From Phoronis australis (lineage: Eukaryota; Animalia; Phoronida), in the NCBI GenBank assembly GCA_002633005.1, contig NMRA01000268.1:192585-256584 (forward strand): 64,000 nt of DNA. The letters are read 5' to 3'. The notes under the pieces are model-generated. The model did no database searches. It saw only the letters and a program-made list of their open reading frames with translations, and was not told where the DNA came from. Both the position numbers and the translations under genes were made by a program. Of the stretch, positions 1 through 11,617 are shown piece after piece. The first letter of the stretch is position 1, and each line of letters begins with the position of its first letter.

Positions 1-190
1 TTTAGGTAACCCAAATGATCGAGCCCAATAAATTTTGCCGTCTTACACGCGAATTCACTCCAGCAGGCTACTACAAACCAACCGTGAAATACAGCCTCTA
101 TCATAGTATAGGATTGGATTTACTTTCCTGCATTTCACGGTGTATTTCACGGTATACTGAATGACCGTATTTACACATATGTGGGATACA

Positions 191-357
191 TATAGATTAT
201 TACATGGCGAAGTCGTTATCCCCCGTTATCTAGAGCCCGAGTGGATTTTGGAGAATTATCACCCTCGGGGCAAACGCCCCTCGGGCGATAATTCTCCAAA
301 ATCCACTCGGGCTCTAGATAAGGGGGATAACGGCTGAAAACATGTAATAATCTATTT
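191..357. repeat. Long near-perfect hairpin (palindrome) at the left end of a ~0.86-kb non-autonomous element (190-996 + 4178-4233)
   Basis: TAGATTATTACATG...TTATCTAGAGCCCGAGTGGATTTTGGAGAATTATC pairs with GATAATTCTCCAAAATCCACTCGGGCTCTAGATAA...CATGTAATAATCTA. The whole 190-4233 block is absent from the paralogous copy at 23760/23761. Confidence 0.85.
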
Positions 358-899
358 ATACCATATACTAAACGAGAAACATTGCAATGAATCGATTTAC
401 CTTTTCTGACTCTCCACGGCTTTGTAACTACTTTCTATGTCAGAGGCCTGGGGTCGGAGGTCGTGACCTTTTAAGAAAAGTCGGGCTATTTTTGTCAGAT
501 AATGCTTTTACTCAAAACCAATTGAAAACTTAAATATAATAGAAATAAATTGAATTTATAAATTAAGGCTTTCCAACTACTATAGCTTAAAACACGTTTT
601 TTACGCTAAACTTCGACCGGGAAATTATCGTCTGCTAAAGTAGGTTACCACTGGTAACTGAATATAATTCTCAAGTCATAGATCCTGACGACACGATACC
701 CGCATTCTAACTGGAAATCGGTGATTTACAAGTAAGAGGACATGAGAGAAAAATTTCACTGAATTAAGATATCATTTTTATAGAAATTATGTGTCTTATT
801 TTTCGTAGCGTATAAGTACAGTACAATGCGGTCTGTTGATCATGCGATTATTGCGCGTGCTCATTTAAGTATTCTGTTATCACTCTTGATGACGTCAGT

Positions 900-968
900 C
901 GCTGCATGGTGTAGTGGTAAAGTCGGCGACCAGTAATTTCAGGGTCCGGGGTTCGACTCCGTCCTCGG
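900..968 (+). repeat. tRNA-derived (SINE-like) Pol III head, degenerate
   Basis: A-box-like TGGTGTAGTGG (907-917) and B-box GGTTCGACTCC (950-960) with tRNA-like spacing; no intact cloverleaf. Confidence 0.5.
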
Positions 969-996
969 TTTCCTGCCAAATCGTTATCTCACTAGT

Positions 997-3900
997 TAGT
1001 CGGTGGGCCAGAATTTGTAGGGCCTCTAGAAAATGGTTTTTGTGAGTACTTTAGGGGGGGCAATTTTAGTTTGGTGTTTATTAATTCATTTATTAGAGTG
1101 TTTTCAAAATCTAAAAAGTTCCCGCATATAAAGTTGCACATCTTTGAGAAATTTGAGTTTGAAGTTACCTAATAATCACCAAAGAGCTTAGTAAACTTAT
1201 ATTTGTAAAAACAACAGTTTTGGTGACTTTTTTGTAAAACAAGTAACATGGTCCCATCAGTGTCATTGTATTGAACAATATTACACTCACATTACATGTT
1301 TTACTATTGTAGATAAATTGTAAACAGTGAAATTTAAAAAATGTAAAGAGACACCTAGTGGCAAAAATGCAAACTAAGTCTGAATGTTACTAGGAAGTTA
1401 TTCTGGCATTGTCTGGCAACAAAAATAACACAAAACACTTGAGACAGGGCAAAATTTGTGCCTCAATGACTAAAACATTGACTAATGGTGTAAAATACAG
1501 CTTGTTTGCATAATACACCAGAAATACGTTATAGTACAAAAACAATATAGTTGAATAATCTCTGTGAATGTGCACAGACTGTATGAAAATAATAGATTAT
1601 TCTGACAGCGTTTATCAAGCAGTATGAGACAAGTACATGACAATGATCAAAGTATGTACTTTCTATGACTTAATCAACAAATAAAATTAACTTTTTAATA
1701 CAAAAACGAAATAACGGGGTTGGAGGTCTATTTAGGCTTGACTTGGCAAAGAACTATCCAATGTTATGCAGTCAGTGTTGCTGATGTTACTACAGTTGTC
1801 ACAGCTGCACATTTCTGTACAGTTTGACCCAGCATTGCAGCACAAACTCAGTTTCCCAGCACACATGTTCTTTTGCACTTGCAGCGTTCATCGTTTAGTA
1901 CTGTCAATGGAGATGCGGGCATTGCCATACATTTTAACTGCAAAGCTCCACCGCCAAGGAGCCAACTATGGTCGATTAGAGAGGGTACAGTACTGCACAT
2001 TGGTGATTGGCCTGCAGGCAATGAATGGTCAAACACTCAGTCCTCGTTTGGAGGCGAGGAGGATTTGGGCAAACGTTTGATTCAAAATATGTTATGATGG
2101 GCTGTGTTAATTAGAGTCAGCAAGTGAATTATTGAACACTAGCCTCAATTCACTTTCGTATCTCTTAGTCGGGCACAAACTACAATAGTGAGTAGCTTCA
2201 ACAATATTTCTCAAGATTGCCTGTTCAAATAACTTCATGCACACCAGCTTTCTGAAGAACAGCTTCAAAGTCTTACTTAAGTTTGGAAAGGCAAATGACA
2301 TCTTCATGTGTTAGAAGCTTTGATTCAATGAACTCCAAACAAAACTGCAGAAAAACATCTATGAAAACTGCGGATTCGTCACCCTTCACAGTCGTTGTCT
2401 TTCTATTTTTTATAGCATGATGATCTGTGGTACTTGGCTTCTAAGACACAATGTCTTTATCTTTGAATTTCATTTGCGTATTCAGGGCTCTGGACTGAGT
2501 TGTTGCTTGCGATACTGAAAAAAACCCAAACTCTTAACACTAATTTAACATTCAACTATAAGTGAGTAGGTATGCAACTTTTTCAGATGGACTTATCAGG
2601 AACTGATCCACCACCAGCCTAACACATTTACATGCCATCTGATCTGTCGCCTAAAAATGTTGATCGTCTAAAAATTAGATTAGTTGATGCAACTGAAAAT
2701 AAATCAGCTGATATACCAACGCAGTGATTGAAATTTAATTTTTTTAAATCAGATGCTCAAACCATAATCAATCGATTTTTACTTAAGGTAATCGACCTTT
2801 GACGAAATGGACAGTGGCTTCCATCGTCCTCAAATTACGACGGCGACGATGGCCACTTAGGCACTTTAATTTAATTATCATTGCAGCTACCTACGTAATT
2901 AATGTTTACAAGAAATTGAGAAGAGGTTCCCCCTATCCCAGGACTACGGCAGGGGATGACGGCCACTTGGGCATGTGGTTTGCAACCATCTGCTCTACTT
3001 AATCTTCTCAAAAATTTTTGATTAAAGTGCCTTAAAATCACACCCACAGTATAACGCCATATGATTATCCCTTAGCGCAAGCAGTGCCGATGTGGCAACT
3101 GAACAATGGCGTGTTCGAAAAACAGGATTGCAGGAGTATTTGTTTAAACTGGGAACAAATGAAAACATTAATGACTTTCTCAGAGGCATCTCTCTATGCG
3201 GTACTTCTAAACTTATAGGAACATAATTTGCCGAAAAGCATCCGGCATATGGAGCACCTATGGTATGACCACCGTCTCTACTGGGTCAGCGGTATTGTCT
3301 AAGGCCTAGGCAGCCAATGGGCTGAACAAGTTTAAAAAACAACTGGTGATAATACTGAAACACACATGGAAAATACCAAGATGTACCTTTCAAAAACACG
3401 TACCTGTTTTTGAAAGCTATACTTCTTTCTCTTTCTTGAAATATGGTCCACAATATACTTTTCCTGCTAACAAATGATGCACTCATGTTTCAGAATGTTC
3501 CTATCTTGTTCAGGTTAATTGGGTGTTTCAGATTTTGGAAGTATAATTGATTTTCTTGGGAAATCTTGGATAACATCTGTATCACTTTCAGCAACTTCAG
3601 CTTTAGTACTATTGTTGGTGCCTTGAAACGTTGCTATGCCGTTCTATGTCCTTTCAATTTTTTGGTCTGACACTTGGTCTTCTAGTCTACAGCACTCAGC
3701 AGTATACTGTGTAGGCTACCAGGACATGCAGCTGTTTTCTGCACAAACGTTTGTGACACCTCTTCTTCTTTTTGATCTACTGATCTACAGAGTTCCACAG
3801 TCAATCAGCTTTCGTCAGGAAGCTTTCCTAAGCTTCTTTAGGCTCTGACATCACAATTTTGTGCTGTTTGATAAACCTTGAATTATACAGGCATCACACT

Positions 3901-4174
3901 CCATGGGAGCAGCCATATTGAAGTAACTAAGCACAACAATACAATCTGGCTCTCTGATTGGTCAATTCAATAGAAAAGCGCCACCAAGTGGCAGGAATGT
4001 GCATCATATTTTGTGCAACAAAAACACCTTTTTTTTTAAAAATGTGCAAGTGTAGACGTGGGAACTTTTTGGAATTTGATTTATACGTATATTATCTAGC
4101 CACATAGAAAAAACTAGGTTGCCCCCCTAAAGTTCTCACAAGGATGAACGCTATAAGATCTGGCCCACCGACTA
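997..4174 (-). mobile_element. Academ-superfamily DNA transposon, decayed (AcademX-like)
   Basis: TIRs begin TAGTCGGTGGGCCAGA (997) and end TCTGGCCCACCGACTA (4174), with imperfect inverted similarity continuing ~150 bp. 3-bp TSD AGT at 994-996 and 4175-4177. Frameshifted minus-strand remnant at ~1780-2080 (DHSL..G.Q...PSLIDHSW..GALQLKCMAMPASPLTVL...RCKCKRTC...CTEMCSCDNCSN) resembles the C-terminal Cys-rich finger of Academ proteins. Confidence 0.75.
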
Positions 4175-4233
4175 AGTGAGATAACTTTATTACACGGTTG
4201 TATCTGCCATTTGACGCTAATATTGTGGTATAA

Positions 4234-6357
4234 GAAACAATATATTACATATGTACTGTTTTATCCATCGCAGAATTTTTATGGGTATCAAATTCCATGT
4301 GGGTATCAAATCCCATGTAAAACATGGCAGTTACAATGTTAATGACAAATTGTTTTCACTGTCAATCAATAATAAGTACACACATGGTTAGTAGAAGGCC
4401 CAGGGGTCGAGTCCCGTTGGGAGCAGAAATCTTGTTACACTTGTGTTCATTAGGTCACGTGATGTGGCCAATAGGTGGCGTCCTGACCAGACTTAGAAAT
4501 GTTTGCGAAATAAGTACAACGTCACTTGCCAGAAGTGTAGAAGCCTAACCTCATTCAAATTTGCATACAGGTCCGGATAAAGTACATAATTTTGCCGAAA
4601 ACTGGCAATATGACGCTTTTGAATTTTCGTTATTTCTATTTCATATTATATTACCTTCAATGTAAACTGAGCAAAGGGCATCATTGGTTGACACGTGCAG
4701 GCTCACTGGCATTTTGACTGCACTTTATTTCATGCATCAAGTAGTTAATAAATTATTAACTAAAACCAGTGCACCTTGATTATTTTCTCTACCAAACACT
4801 TCACGCCTTTGTTAAGTTTTACACAATTTTTGAAATAATGTTGATGAAATGGTTGTTAGTGGCTTCTTAGTGTTGGTGTTGGTGTTGTTGTTGTTGTGGT
4901 GGTGGTGGTGGTGATGGTGGTGACGGCCCCAGTGGTGGTGTTGTTGCGGCTGTTGCGGTCCTTACCGTGCCGCATTCACGAGCCTTTCTTACAAATTAGA
5001 TTCATATCAACTCATTTCAGCAGTTACGTGCTGAATGCTCACGATGCAGAATTGTCTAAAGGAAAATGGGAGATAGTGAAATATTTAAACAACTAAGTTA
5101 TAGATCAATGAATGACAGGATTTATTTTCATTGTTTTTTGCATATTTATTGATATAAGTATTTTTGCACTTGGTGCAACTCAAGTTAAACCAACTTCACT
5201 AAAGAAAAAAGTGGTCGAAACTGGATTTTATCTTGACAGTAATATTCATGCGCGTGGTTGTGAAAAAATCAAATCACATAGCAACAGAAAAGCGATGCTA
5301 TCGATGTTACGACGAAAAACGCATTTTAGGATTATTGTGGATGGGATATACTTCTTGAACTTATAAGCGTTGACCATAGCTATAAAACAGGTTCACTATT
5401 TTAATTTGACCACCTTAACGTTATCTCTAATTGCGATCTTCTTAAGCACATGTTCGTCCCTCAGATAATTATTAGACATACAGTTCTTATAATACACGTT
5501 CTTAGTGGTGCTAGTACGAGGTTCAATGTCAACATGAGAGTCAATCCTAGATATAAAGAACTCAACAAAAGAATTAGTTCAACCATTGTTAACTAGAACT
5601 TGTTTTATGCATTGAATTTCAACGTCGAAAGCTTGCCAATGAATCAGATGATATGTGGTGCGCCCTCTTCAGGTAACCAGTCAAAACTGCTGGGCTGTAG
5701 GGTTCAAGGCAATCACTATCAGCATGTAAACAGGCACCAATATCTGTGGCTTTATGATAAACTGAAGTATGAAACCCACTGTAAGAATAATATACAAGAA
5801 CATCGAAAAAAGTCAACTTTTCACAGACAGGCAATTCATACGTGAACTTCAATACAGAACTGCATTCAAGCCAATTTTGAAGGGACAATATTTCATCTCG
5901 CGAATAATATACACAGATATCATCATCTACGTAGCAGACATAGATGGGGATTCTGCCGCTATGCTGAGCGACCCGTTTTTCAACTGACCGTTTAATTCAG
6001 AGATAACGTTAAGGTGGTCAAAGCTGGTGATAGATTGAATGTAATTATTTATTATCAGAATAGAAACTAAGACATCACCTTGTCATAAAAACAACCCCAG
6101 TAGTGAAAGGTTACGACCAGTGGCCAGGTGTAATGTTGTTTACCAATGCACATGTCATATGGACGAATCTCTTTGGCCTCATTTTCGTGAACAGCGTTAA
6201 ATTGGACTCGTGGGCTGTTCCTCCTCCCGACAGTTATCCACGGCATGCACTTGCAGGCCGGGTCCATTCAAGATCATTTTTTATACCAACATGGCCGAAA
6301 AATAACTAGGCAAGAATTTGTAGACAATACCATTATTTTCTAGGTTGAAAGTGACAG
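4234..6357. repeat. Segmental duplicate (together with 1-189) of 23572-~26940
   Basis: Colinear high identity: 1-189 = 23572-23760; 4234-5405 = 23761-25215; 5405-6357 = ~26018-26940. Includes a (GTG/GTT)n microsatellite at ~4870-4960. Confidence 0.9.
5405..6357. mobile_element. Penelope-like retroelement fragment with inversion (RT on minus, GIY-YIG on plus), decayed
   Basis: Minus strand (~5940 down to 5619) gives YVDD..LKFTYELPVCEKL.F.DVLV..SVYHKATD..CLHADSD (PLE RT/thumb). Plus strand 6000-6357 gives NVVYQCTC..LSTACT/GSIQDH-type GIY-YIG remnants. Confidence 0.75.
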
Positions 6358-6359
6358 TA

Positions 6360-6736
6360 CCCCAGTAAACATGCAGGTACTGGGCCAATATTGGCCCTGC
6401 CCGGTCTTCTGTATTGACCCAATGATGTAGGCCAGTAATGGCCCAATAACATTCTGCACACCTCGGTATTGGGCCGGCATAAGATTGGGATATTGGGCCA
6501 GTAAAGGGACAGTGTCTGGCCATTACTTGGCCAATACACCAAAAACCAGTATCGGCCCTATAAAGGGCCAGTATTGACAAACTGTATTGGCCCTGTACAG
6601 AGCCATTGATGAGCTCGTATTAAGTCAGTATACTAATTACATAGGCGAAAGTGCAGTGGTGGGCCAGTACAGTGCCAATATTGAACCACTAATGTTGCCT
6701 TTACAGGCTCAATTCAGGAATATTACTGTTTGCGGG
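6360..6736. mobile_element. MITE with internal GGCCAATATTGGCC-type subrepeats (CMC/EnSpm-like termini)
   Basis: Termini CCCAGTAAACA ... TGTTTGCGGG flanked by TA; many ggcc/aatatt short repeats; truncates the Penelope fragment. Confidence 0.55.
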
Positions 6737-7690
6737 TATAATGAAACAACGGTTTTTTTTTCAATGCTTTAGGTTTCTAACTCCTACAACGTTCGTTTTG
6801 TTGGTCATTTCAATCCTATTGCATGTGCAGCTATGACTTACAAGAAGAAAAGTCTCTTGTTCTTTAATACTTTTATTACTGTGAAACTGCTAAGGTAAAA
6901 TACTTACAAAACATAATGAATTTATAAATAAAAACTAGGCAACTAATTATTTTTTACAAAACTGTCTCGGGCTTGTTAGTGGACTGGCCGCTTCACACAG
7001 TCTTCGCCCTCCCTCCCTGTCTCCAGCGTTTCGGAACCTGATGCATGTCTCGTTTAGTACGTTGCATTAGCATTACTGTGTTCCTTGATCACAATCCCTG
7101 AAATAAAACAACGCCTGCTTAATATCTCAGAGTACAAACTAACACACTCCCTATACAGTTATGCAAAATAAGAATTACCTAAAGACACCGTACACCATTC
7201 CAACATGAAACTTATTTGAAATGCATAATCTGCAAGATATATAAATGTTTCGTCCTTTGTTAACACAAGTATTATAGCTGGTTGTAGGACTTCAGTTTCT
7301 TGTAATAAATATTTCCGAAGCGACTTTTTATTCATTCCAGTTCTTCCCAAAATGTCTATTTCGTTACCATTTTAAGATTCCTAAAAATACTTCACAATCA
7401 TTTATTGATTTTTGTGTTTAACATGGTCGGCTGAAGTGAAGCACCCGTGGAATTCCTAATCCCAAAAGTGTCATATCATGTAATATATTGTAATTTGTAC
7501 TGCTGTAGACGATCAGGACAGAAGCCGAGAACGTATGTGGTATAAATAAGGTTTTATACTCTTACAGACATTGCCACGGCATTCAAAGTAAACAAATATG
7601 AAACCTACCAGAAATCAGATGTTCATTGTCAAAATCCTTCAGTATTCTGTCACACACACTGGTTTTAAGTGTAGAAAATCCTAGACAACT

Positions 7691-8000
7691 CTAGTTTTCT
7701 TCAACGGAAATAAAATCAAATACCCTTACAAAAATTATCTTGAATGGACCCAGCCTGCAAGTGCATGGACAACCGTAGGTAAAGGGAACACACCGTGTGT
7801 CCAATTTATCGCAGTTCACGAGAATGAGGCCAAAGAGATTCGTCCATGTGACATGTGAATTGGTGAACAACATTACATTTAGCCACTGGGCTTAATCTTT
7901 CACGACTGGGGTTGTTTTTCATGACAAGATGAAGTGACTTTATGTTCCGATAATAAATAATTACATTCAATCTGTAACCAGGTTTAGTGACAAGTACATA
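7691..8000 (-). mobile_element. Penelope-like GIY-YIG fragment (third copy)
   Basis: Minus strand KPGYRLNVIIYYRNIKSLHLVMKNNPSRERLSPVAKCNVVHQFTCH, homologous to 6000-6300 and 26620-26900. Confidence 0.7.
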
Positions 8001-8252
8001 TTCCAAAAAGCTGTGTTGTTCTGGTCTGCTCTTTTTCTTGACCAAATTGTATGGGAAGAACGCTTTCAGGCAACACTGACTTTTTAATTGACTATTTTAA
8101 CCCAATTTAGGTCCGATTTTGGTTATATTTTGGCCATTTGTGGCGGTTATCTTGTTTTTCGACATTGTTGACGAGGGTGGCAGTGGATTGCAGACATTAG
8201 AAAACCTGTGAGAGGACATATTATGTATGTCTGGCTCTCGTCTAGTAACGAC

Positions 8253-9389
8253 CACAGGCGCTTGGGTTTATCTGTTCCTCGATCGCAAATGACGTCACTC
8301 AATAATATATACAAGAAAACATAAAGGTTGTACACTCGAAATCTGTTTGCTCAGAATTTTCTTCTCAATTGTGCATGGAACTCCACGAAACTAGCATCGA
8401 ACAACTCTTAGAATACCTTCTTTCATTTGATCTCTTCAAATTGCCTTCGAGTAGTGGTTTGGCGACAAAAATGCCAAAAGAATGCCAAAATCTCAAATTC
8501 AAGGACCTAATTCCGTGATGTCATGGCAGACGGTCTTCGCACATCCGGGTTTTGACGGACGCTCCCGAGCTAAATCCGAAAATCTAATTTCGCGCGGCTT
8601 TCGCCGTCAATCCATCGACTACTTGATCATGAGAAGCAGAGAGCACTTTACTGCCAAATAAATGTAATTACTCACATATTTGTGTCAAATATAAATTATC
8701 CTGATACTGTATTGATATGCGAAGTGTACTGTGATTTCTTATGAAGGTTTTATTTTTGGCCAAAACCATAGAGTTAACTCGTCGGCCACGCGCATTGTAA
8801 TACTTGCACGGGCTGCGTTTCCTGGCCGAGTGTGTGTTGTGCTTCAATCAAAAAAGTGCGAGATGTCAAGATGAGAAACAAGATACGCCAGTTTATGCAA
8901 TAAAATTCTAAGTTACGGGCTAAAATGAGCCGTCAGTGGAATAAAGTTACAAATAATCATTAAAATACTAACTTTAACATTCTCAATTAGTTGAGTTTTG
9001 GATTAGAATTATTGAATTTGAAATATAGGTTGCTTGCCCAAACTCGAAGTTTCACCTACGACAGGCGTACAAGTTGAAGCACAACTGAAATCCGCCATGT
9101 TTACTATTTCAGGTCCTTGAATTCAGAGTTTTGAGATTGTTTTGGAAATTCCATCTCCAATTCACCGGCTCACGAAGACAGTTCATGGGATCTAGGAAAG
9201 ATAAGGCTTCGAAGGTTTATGCAGCACCAGACTGAGGGAGGTGCACGCAGATTTTATTTGGATTTTGGACGGTTGAAGTTGGGAGCCTCAGCTTGGCAAA
9301 GTTTAAGTGTCCAACCTTTATGTTTTCTTATATATATTATTGAGTGACGTCATTTGCGATCGAGGAACAGATAAACCCAAGCGCCTGTG
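8253..9389. mobile_element. Non-autonomous DNA transposon with long TIRs and 8-bp TSD (hAT- or P-like)
   Basis: CACAGGCGCTTGGGTTTATCTGTTCCTCGATCGCAAATGACGTCACTCAATAATATATA.. at 8253 with its reverse complement ending at 9389; exact TSD GTAACGAC at 8245-8252 and 9390-9397. Confidence 0.88.
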
Positions 9390-10849
9390 GTAACGACGAT
9401 GTAATCTAAAGTAGTAGTGGATTAAATTCCCTGGACAAAGCTGCACAACGCTGACATCATGTCACCTGGCAGTTTCTGAAAGTAAAAGTATTAGACTTAG
9501 ATAATAAACAATAAAACAAATTTTATACGTCAAATTTACGTCAAGCCAATATATGCCGTTTGTCTGTCCGTGTATCATTCACAGTCCAAGCTACGATTCT
9601 GACATCAATATCGTGGTCTCCTTTGTCAATGCGACTCGCCGATAGTCGGCAGTGTCGTCTTCAGAAAAAGCGGTGTCGTTTTGATGGGAGCAACGTCGTG
9701 CTCTATTTTTTGCCGTTGTTGAAGAGTCGCAGTTATTGTCTTTGCTGGGTGTCATTGCCAGGGCTTTCTAGATTACGTTGTTAATATCTCGTTACAAATT
9801 TTATATTATTACCATCTGTACGTGAAGGATAATGCATATATACTCTTTGCGATCACCAATGCATTTTTATTTTTTCCATGTGTCAGTATGAAATGATGGG
9901 CGCGCTTTCATCTGACGTTCTTTCTAAAAATTAATTGAAAGTGATGATTTGTCTGACAAATCGGCCTAATAAACCCATTTTTGTAATTCATCCGATAACT
10001 TTTCATCGACCTCATTAGTCAATGTATGTCACCATATCCAATCGCTTCACAGTCCGTTGATTTCAAATAAACGCAGTACGGATTACACATTTGCAATTTT
10101 GCCCTTACGGACACAAAGAAATGTCCGCTCTTTTATTTTAAGTGGCCCAGAGATTAAAACGCATTGTCAACCTCAATTTTAATTTCTCCACGTGTTGCTC
10201 TTCAGACCGCTTTCATTTCTTATTTCCTCGAAAATACTATGAGCATCCAAATAACACAACAAAAATAACGGTGTTACTTTTTGTGTAGACCCAAAAATCA
10301 ATAAAATTTTAGTTATTCTAAATCCATAAAAAGACATTTTCTTACGCAGACAACAGAAAATTAGTGACCCGGGAGATATAATTTACGCCGGTGAAACATA
10401 AAACTGACACCGCCCAACGAAATTAAAATGTTTTCAAAAGAGGTGTTTTTTCAATAATCCGTGTGAATTTCACATTTTTACAAAGGTGCCCTTGTACTTG
10501 AACATTTATTGGTAGCAGGCAAAAATAAAAATAAAAAACATGATTTTTTAAATTTAACAAATCAAAACTGTGTCGAGCTCCCGGTTGATACCGTTCATAA
10601 TTCTGTCCTTAATCCAGAACAATAATATTAGAAACCTTCCACGGTCGTAAATACAAAGCTCCCTTCACTTTAAATAACATGAATTCATAATGAAGATACT
10701 GCGGTCCAAACCTCCCCCTCAAATTTTGCCACTTGTTATTTCCTTAAGTGAAAAACATGCTCTTGCTGTGAGTTTCCTCATCATGAAATTAACTGCAGGA
10801 AGACGACTAGTTGCGAGCTGAGCTATCGTGAAAAACAATTTGATGAACG

Positions 10850-11200
10850 TCATTTTCTTGCGTCATTCTAAGGCTTTTGTAACAAAGAAAAGTCAGTCTC
10901 GTGCACTTGAAAACAGTGTGCTCGTGACATATGCACGCGCCATTTGCTAATTTTTTGCGACATCTTTCGGGATATGGATATGATAACAGCAAGAAGTGTA
11001 GTAGACTACTAGTACACTCCTTGATAACAGCTTCCCCGAAGCAAATTTTGCTCGCAAATTCGGTTTGGCGAAAATAAAGTATTAAAAACGAAGAACAAAG
11101 TGAAACCAATTCCGTTAATCTGCTGTTAACTGTATGCAACCTTGTGGAAGAAGAACAGTTGACAGAAGAGAAATTGGCCAATAGGTGACGCTCTGTTTCG
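10850..11200. repeat. Dispersed repeat, second copy at ~58040-58360 (PSMD4 intron)
   Basis: Shared TTTTGTA.CAAAGAA...GAAAACAGT.TGCTCGTGACA...CCATTT.CTAA..TTTTGCGAC.TCT and GCAACCTTGTG..AGAACAGTTGA. Confidence 0.65.
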
Positions 11201-11617
11201 TCAAACCGACACAAATCTTACAGTGAAATAAGGGTAGAACGGCAATAATTTGACACTGGCAAATAATTTTGTTTACTCAAGGAAGAGTGCTGTTTTAGTG
11301 ACATTGATTTTATGTTAGATTTTTTGGCCACGTTTTTACCCACATCATCCTTTAAAGCTTTGCACCAAGGCAAGTGCAGCCAGTATCTCCGTCTGCAGCT
11401 AAATCCAGCTGCCCACATCCCCAGCAGTCAGTGGCGGAGTGACATTGTCGTGCTCCCGTGGTTTGGCTACACACTGGAATACTCCTACGTATGAGATGGA
11501 CTGCGTAAAACCTAGATGTCCTCCTCCTGATTGTTGCATGACGTTCAGAGCATTGGCAACTCGACGCGTGACAATGCAACGTCATTGTTGCTATCTTTCG
11601 TCAAACGTTGATGCAAC

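Noticed and set aside
900-968. Functional tRNA genes (also ~37975, ~52990, ~61469)
   Set aside because: A/B boxes are present but there is no complete cloverleaf or anticodon arm; treated as SINE-like or derived sequence.
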